Of a stretch of 64,000 nt of DNA, positions 57,947-64,000 are shown piece after piece. The DNA lies in NCBI GenBank assembly GCA_951406725.2, contig OX597834.1, positions 43,896,001-43,960,000 of the forward strand, given 5' to 3'. Positions within the stretch are counted from its first letter, which is position 1. Every line of letters begins with the position of its first letter. A model generated the notes under the pieces. The model saw only the letters and a list, made by a program, of their open reading frames with translations, made no database searches and was not told the origin of the DNA. The translations under genes were made by a program, and so were the position numbers. The stretch comes from Octopus vulgaris (lineage: Eukaryota).

Positions 57947-58489
57947 GGAATGAGAGAGATGTATATTTATACTAGTCTATGCTCACACACAACAAATGTG
58001 TATATATATATACACACACACACAAACACAATACTTCTTCATCTGAAGAAGTATTATTATATGCATAATCTTAAGAAATACTTGCTATTTTTTGATTTCC
58101 TAATGCTGTGTCAAGGACAGAATTCTTTGTAAAAGGTGAAGCAAAACAAGAAAAAAAAGAAAAGAAAAGAAAATGCAGCCTCAAGAAGGATGCTCATTAA
58201 CCGATAACAATGCCGATGCCAGAAAGAACTTTCGGAAAGTTATCTCTCCGTCGGAATTTGGTCATTCACCTGAAGAATGATCAGCATCTGTAAATTTCTC
58301 AGACAAACAACATCAGCAAATGCAAAGATTATCTTACATTGTAGAACCTAGAATACACGTTGCTCATTATTATCATATTAAACGATGTAACTAACGAGTG
58401 TCTCATTTGAAGTTGCATGTATACATACATATATATATATATATATATATCTATATATATAATGTACATGTATATATATAAATATATAT

Positions 58490-58535
<46 letters not shown>

Positions 58536-58659
58536 TTCTGCATGAGGTTGTACACAGCAGCAGACATAAGCGGAACCACACGCACACACATACACACACA
58601 CAGAATCTGTGTGTAATTACTGACAGCCAACACATTTGACATATTCATAGCGCATTTGT

Positions 58660-58805
58660 GAGCACGGCTGAGTGGTAAGAAGCTTGTTTTTGATCCACCT
58701 GATTTCAGGTTCAGTCCCAGTGTGTGTCATCTTGGGCAAATGTCTTGAGCTGACCAAAGCCTTGAGAGTGGATTTGATAGAGGAAAACTGAAAGAAGCCC
58801 ATCTT
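58660..58805 (+). mobile_element. SINE family B 5' half
   Basis: ggctgagtggtaag...ggttcagtccc...cttgggcaa...aaactgaaagaagccc. Confidence 0.8.
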
Positions 58806-58814
58806 ATGTGTATG

Positions 58815-58868
<54 letters not shown>

Positions 58869-58965
58869 TAAAGTTAATCCAAACAAGAAAACAAAAAACA
58901 ACAACGCAAGGATGTGGAACAAATAAAGTATTATTGGACGCTCAGGAAAGAAGGGAAGAAGGAGG

Positions 58966-59000
58966 GTTTAACGTTTCGAGCGGAGCTCTTCGTCAGAAAC
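58966..59000 (-). ncRNA. Minimal type I hammerhead motif with canonical core, H2 family
   Basis: Minus: GUUU CUGACGA A GAGC-UCC-GCUC GAAAC GUU AAAC; element about 58871-59032 bounded by TA-rich repeats. Confidence 0.8.
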
Positions 59001-59509
59001 ATAGGAGAAAGAAACATCCCGAGATGGGAAGAACATATATACATACATACACATACATATATATATATACATATATGCATATATATATATACATATATAC
59101 ATATATATATACATATACACATATATGCATATATATATATACATATATACATATATATATACATATACACATATATGCATATACATATATATATATATAT
59201 ATACATATACACATATATATATATATATATACATATACACACATATATATATACATATACACATATATATACATATGTATATAAACATATATACATATAA
59301 GAGATAATGGTGTATTGAGACCCAAAAGTGTCGGGTAATGCTGAATAAGTGCTATAGACAGACCATAGTTAAGTTCCAGATTCGGTAATATTGCGAATAA
59401 AGGGTTCAACGTTGGTTCTATGTCAGCGTGTGTATATAAGAATTTTTTCTGTGTAATGCGATAAAAAAAACCAAGGCTGTATAGATATTAGAGCATTTAT
59501 AGATAGAAG

Positions 59510-59564
59510 GTCTTACTGCTGTTTCTAGAATATTAATTAATAATAATATCCCTTCATCGGAGAC
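59510..59564 (-). ncRNA. Type I hammerhead motif (H4, U4C variant)
   Basis: Minus: GUCU CCGAUGA A GGGAUAUU-loop-AAUAUUCU A GAAAC AGCA GUA AGAC. Confidence 0.6.
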
Positions 59565-59744
59565 GGTGTGAGAGGAAAAATTAAGTCATAGTTTGTTTCG
59601 ATGTGATACAAATAGAGAGTGAGGTGGAGGAAAGAAAATAGATGTAAGATATGTATGGGTATTGAGTTCATAAATCCGTTTTATAGGCATAATGGTATAT
59701 ATGCAATATTCCAATATCCTATGAGTAAAGTCCAAAAGTCCAAC

Positions 59745-59834
59745 AGTTTAGTATGAGTCCATCCAAAGGTAAAGTTTATAAGCACTGTATATATTGCTTA
59801 TAAACTTTACATCTTGATGGACTCATATTAAACT
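59745..59834. other. 90-nt hairpin (40-nt arms, 10-nt loop)
   Basis: Arms 59745-59784 and 59795-59834 are complementary at 36 of 40 positions. Confidence 0.8.
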
Positions 59835-60079
59835 CCATGACCTGGTTAACTAGGTCACAGAGAAGTGGGATGTAGCAGGATATGAGGGGGAGGAGATCAA
59901 CTCTGGATCAGCTATAACCATTCCATGTGTATCTTACGCAAGGGGGTGGAGGTGATTTGAAGGAGGTTTTGCTGCTATTTCTAGCAGATGTAACAGTCAT
60001 GTTGGTTACGTCACATACTGTAACATCAACCAGGACAGGTTGGCTGAACAAAATGTGTGTGGTTGAGGGGTTTAGGTAT

Positions 60080-61692
60080 ATGAGGTGAGGGAGAGAGGGA
60101 GAGACAGACACAAGGTGTGCATGTGTGTGTGTGTGTATGTGTGTGTGAGAGAGAGAGAGAGAGTAAGAGAGGGTGAGAAAGAGTGCGAGAGACAGAGACA
60201 ATGTATGTGTGTGTGCATGTGTGTGAGTGAGAGCGAAACTGCTAGAGAGTGAGTGTTTGTATGAAAAAAGGAGAGAGTGATAAAGAGAGTGTGTGAGAGA
60301 GAGAGAGAGAGAGACAGACAGACATAATGTGTGCGTGTGTGTGTAAGAGAGACAGGGAGAGCAAGAGAGAATGAGAAAGAGTGCAAGAGACAATGTATGA
60401 GGGAGTGAGAGTGAGACTGCTAGAGAGAGAGAGAGAGAGAGAGAGTGTGTGTGTGTGGGGGGGGAGATAGAAAAAGCATAACAGAGAGACAGAAGGGGTG
60501 TGTGTGTGCGCATATATATGCGCTTATGTATGTGTGTATCCATGTGTATGTGTGTATTCGTGTGTGTGTGTGTTGCGTATGCATCCATGTGTGCATGTGT
60601 ATCCGTGGGTATGTGTGCCTATCTGTGTATGTGTGTATGTATGTATCCGCACGTGTGTGCATCCATGTGTGTGTGTGTGTGTGTATTCATGTGTATGTGT
60701 GCATATCCATATGTGTGTGAGTGTGTATATGTATGTTTATCTGTGTGTGTATGCATGCATGTGTGTGTGTGTGTGTGTGTATTCATGTGGATGTGTGCAT
60801 ATCCATGTGTGTGAGTGTGTATGTATGCATATCTGTGTGTGTGTGTGCATGCATGTGTGTGTGTGTGTGTGTTTGAGGCAGACAGGAAATGAGGATGAAG
60901 ATTTGAGCAAGGAAATGATTAAAAAAAATTTTTTTTAAATAAAAGGAGAGAAAAAAATAAATTAACTGAAACCAAATAAAAAAAAATAAAAATATTTGAT
61001 TAAATAAAAACAGAAAAACAAAAACAAAAGTTATTTTAAAACAAAAGTGTTTTTTTTTTTCATTTAAATTGCTGTGAGCTTCGTTATTGCTGCTGTTGTT
61101 GGTGTTGTCAGCAAAGGAGAGACAGAACGGTGATGGTGGCAGCGGTGGAGACTATAGTGACAATTGTGGTAATGGTAAATAGCAGTGGTACCAGTGATGT
61201 TGTGACTGCGGTGGTAGTAGTAGTAGCGATATCAGTGGTGGTGGTAGTTGTACTAGAGCTACTAGTAGCGGTGTTTGTAGAAATGGTAACAGCAGTAGTT
61301 GTAGTAGTGGTAGTTGTGGCAGTAGTGTGAATGGTTGTTGTAGTGTTAGTAGTAGTGGTGGTAATAGTGGTGGTGGTCATGGTAGTATGAATGGTTGCAG
61401 TGTGAGTAGAAATGTTAGTAGTAGTAGTGGTAATAGTGTGAAGGGTTGCAGTGTTGGCGCCCGTGGTGATGGTGGTAGTAGGAGTGGTGGTGGTAGTAGC
61501 GGTGGTGACTGTAGTAGTAGTAGTAGTAGTAGTGATGGTGCTGTCGATGGTTGCAGTGTTGGTAGTAGTACTCATAGTAGTGGTGATGGTGGTAATTGCA
61601 GAGATATTGGTAGTTGCAGTGTTAGTAGAAATGGTGACAGTAATAGTAGTAGCAGTAGTAGTAACAGCTGTGGTGGTGGTGGTGGTGGTAGT
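60080..61692. repeat. GA/GT and GTA/GTG low-complexity fields
   Basis: Directly visible, with an A-rich island. Confidence 0.9.
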
Positions 61693-62549
61693 AAAATGAA
61701 ACTAATTAAACTTTTACGAAAAGGTCATAAATAATTATTGCAAGACAAGAATCAATTTAAATGCTTCTCTTCTTCTTCTTGTTCTTATTACTGTCGTTAC
61801 TCCTTAATAATTACTCAAAGAAATTGTGAAATGTACATAAGGAAAAGACAAAAAAAAAAGGTAAAGAGAAGATGAGAGAAAAATGATAATAATAATAATA
61901 AAGGACAAGGATGGGAGACAATGATAAGAACAACAAGAAGAATGACAAGGAAAGGAAATCCGAAATTCAGAAGTGAAAAACAAAAAAAGGGTCTTTTTTT
62001 TGTCCTTTTATAAATGTGACAATTGTTTACAGAGAGAGAGAGAGAGAGTGGGTAAGAGAGAGAGAGGGAGATAGAGAGAGAGGGAGAGATAGATAGAGAG
62101 TGGGTGTGAGAGGGGAAAGGGGGAGAGTAGGAGGAGGACGAAATGAGATGGGAAGCACATTGGTGTTTCTAGCAGACCCAGCTGAACCCTAAACTCTCAA
62201 AATCACCAAGTCTACCTTGGCTGTAAATAGGTATCAGAAAGTGACACACACACACATGCACACATGTGTGCAGCGTTGCACTGCTGACAGCAGCTGCTGC
62301 CCAACAGCTACTCTGCATGCAGTGCATAATTGTTATTTGCTGATTTCAATTCAACCAAAGAGATACCAAAACCCCCCCCAAAAAAAAAGTTTTTTTTTAA
62401 TTGCTTCTTCATAAGAAAGGAAGTTAAGCTCAAACTGTTCTGGATGTTTGCAAGGAAAGTAAGGATTAGGGGCCAGAGTTGAACAAGGTAATGGATTAAC
62501 CCGTTAGTGTGCAGATTATGTGGCCACACGTAATGTTTATATGCTCATA

Positions 62550-63130
62550 TTACCGTGCTGGTGACCCTTAAAAGGACACCAGTGTTGGTGACATGTAGAA
62601 AGCCTTCCCATGCCAATGACATGTAAAAGGTACGTGTGCCAGTGACACGTACCCATACAAGTGAGGAGCGAGAGGTACTAGTGCCAGTGACGCACACAGA
62701 AGGCATGGGTGAGAGTGACATGTGACAGTAAGAAGCGAGAGGCACCCATGCCAGTGATATATAAATGGCACCTGTGCCAGTGTGAAGCAAGGGGCCTCTG
62801 TGCCAGTGAGAAGCACCTGTGCCAATGAGAAGCGAGAGGCACCCAGGTCAGTGACACATGACAGGCACTTGTGCCAGTAAGAAGCAAGAGGTACCCATGC
62901 CAGTGACATATAAAAGGCACCTGTGCCAGTATGAAGCAAGAGGCCTCTGTGCCAGTGAGGAGAGGCACCTACACAGTGAGAAGTGAGAGGACCCCGTGCC
63001 AGTGAAAAGTGGAGTGGAGTAACATGAAATAAAGTGTCTTGTTCAAGAACACAACACAACACCAGAGAATTGAACTCACGACCTTGCAATCACAAGCCAA
63101 ACCCGCTAACCACCAGGTCATATGCCTTTA
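62550..63130 (-). mobile_element. SINE with C-like head (63005-63130) and internally amplified gtgccagtga repeats
   Basis: aaataaagtgtcttgttcaagaacacaac head; more than 10 tgcca(g/a)t units. Confidence 0.7.
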
Positions 63131-64000
63131 CCCCTGACTCTTCAACAATTCCACCAACTTGCTTTACGTATGATGAGATTGGTCCCTTCGTCATATAACA
63201 CTTAATTACTCAGTCGTTAATTAGTCCTTTCAAACCAAATTACAGGCTTTATTATTCTGGCAACAACAAGGAACCAGATTTAGAATAAAGTCCAAGGAGC
63301 AGGCACCCCTATTTACGCAACAGCAAACCTTCGATGTTGATTGATCTATCGTGTTACCTTTGCTCCTCTTTATTTCAATGTATGTAGTTGTTGCTGTCAC
63401 CGCTGCAGGTTAAACCCTGGGTGAATCCTGACAGAGAACCATCAAGGGTATGGAGCAGGGTTACATAACCTAATGTGCCCTTTGTAGGGGAAAGACAATA
63501 AAGGTTTAATTTGATGAACATTTGGCTGTTATTTCCAGCAGGGTGACTGGCCATGTTGAAGCTCTTTGTGTGTTTGTGTGCATGTGTAGGGTTAGATTAC
63601 AACAGAATGATTTGTGTGTGTGTGTGTTCAAAACAGTATTTCTTTGTAAAGGTATATATGAAAGAGAATGTGTGCATGTGTGTGTGTGTGTGTGTTGTAT
63701 TTCTATCTATGTATGTGCATACGATTCTGTATATGTGTGTTTATGTGAATAGATAAGAATGAAAAGGTTTCCTCCTCCTACCTCTCCTCACACATTACTT
63801 TCCTCCTCCTCCTCCCCCTCCTAATCTTCTACTTCCAACCCCCCCCCCCACTCATATTTCCTTCCCCACGATCACTCAGCCCTCAACTCACAAAAACCTT
63901 TCACTGCTATTTCTGTACTTCTGGTGTTTGTTTTAGAATTCTAATTTTCCTTTACGGATTAAATAAAAAAACAAAAAGAAAAGAAAAGAAAAAAGAAAGA

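Noticed and set aside
58173-58280. Short plus-strand ORF MQPQEGCSL...
   Set aside because: Only 35 aa, no recognisable domain or supporting signals

Overview
AT-rich, microsatellite-saturated eukaryotic DNA. The SINE families and repeat density suggest an octopus/coleoid cephalopod genome (inference). No intact protein-coding gene is supported, and almost all listed ORFs are microsatellite or SINE artefacts. The window holds dozens of copies of several tRNA-derived SINE families, plus decayed Penelope-like (GIY-YIG), R4/Dong-like, RTE and maT/Tc1-mariner fragments, MITEs and minisatellites. The main signal is 11 minimal type I hammerhead ribozyme motifs from about 6 sequence families, some with non-canonical or decayed cores. 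One follows a Penelope-like endonuclease remnant; most others lie in ~160-400 bp non-coding elements that usually abut (TA)n tracts. One truncated copy begins almost exactly at the predicted self-cleavage site, and one family shares a U at core position 6. Other signals are a repeat-family/CpG shift near 41-43 kb, minus-strand splice signals at 47-58 kb, a 90-nt hairpin, an ETS motif cluster and a CTCF-like site. Repeat boundaries are approximate and read by eye; family labels (A-F, H1-H5) are my own.
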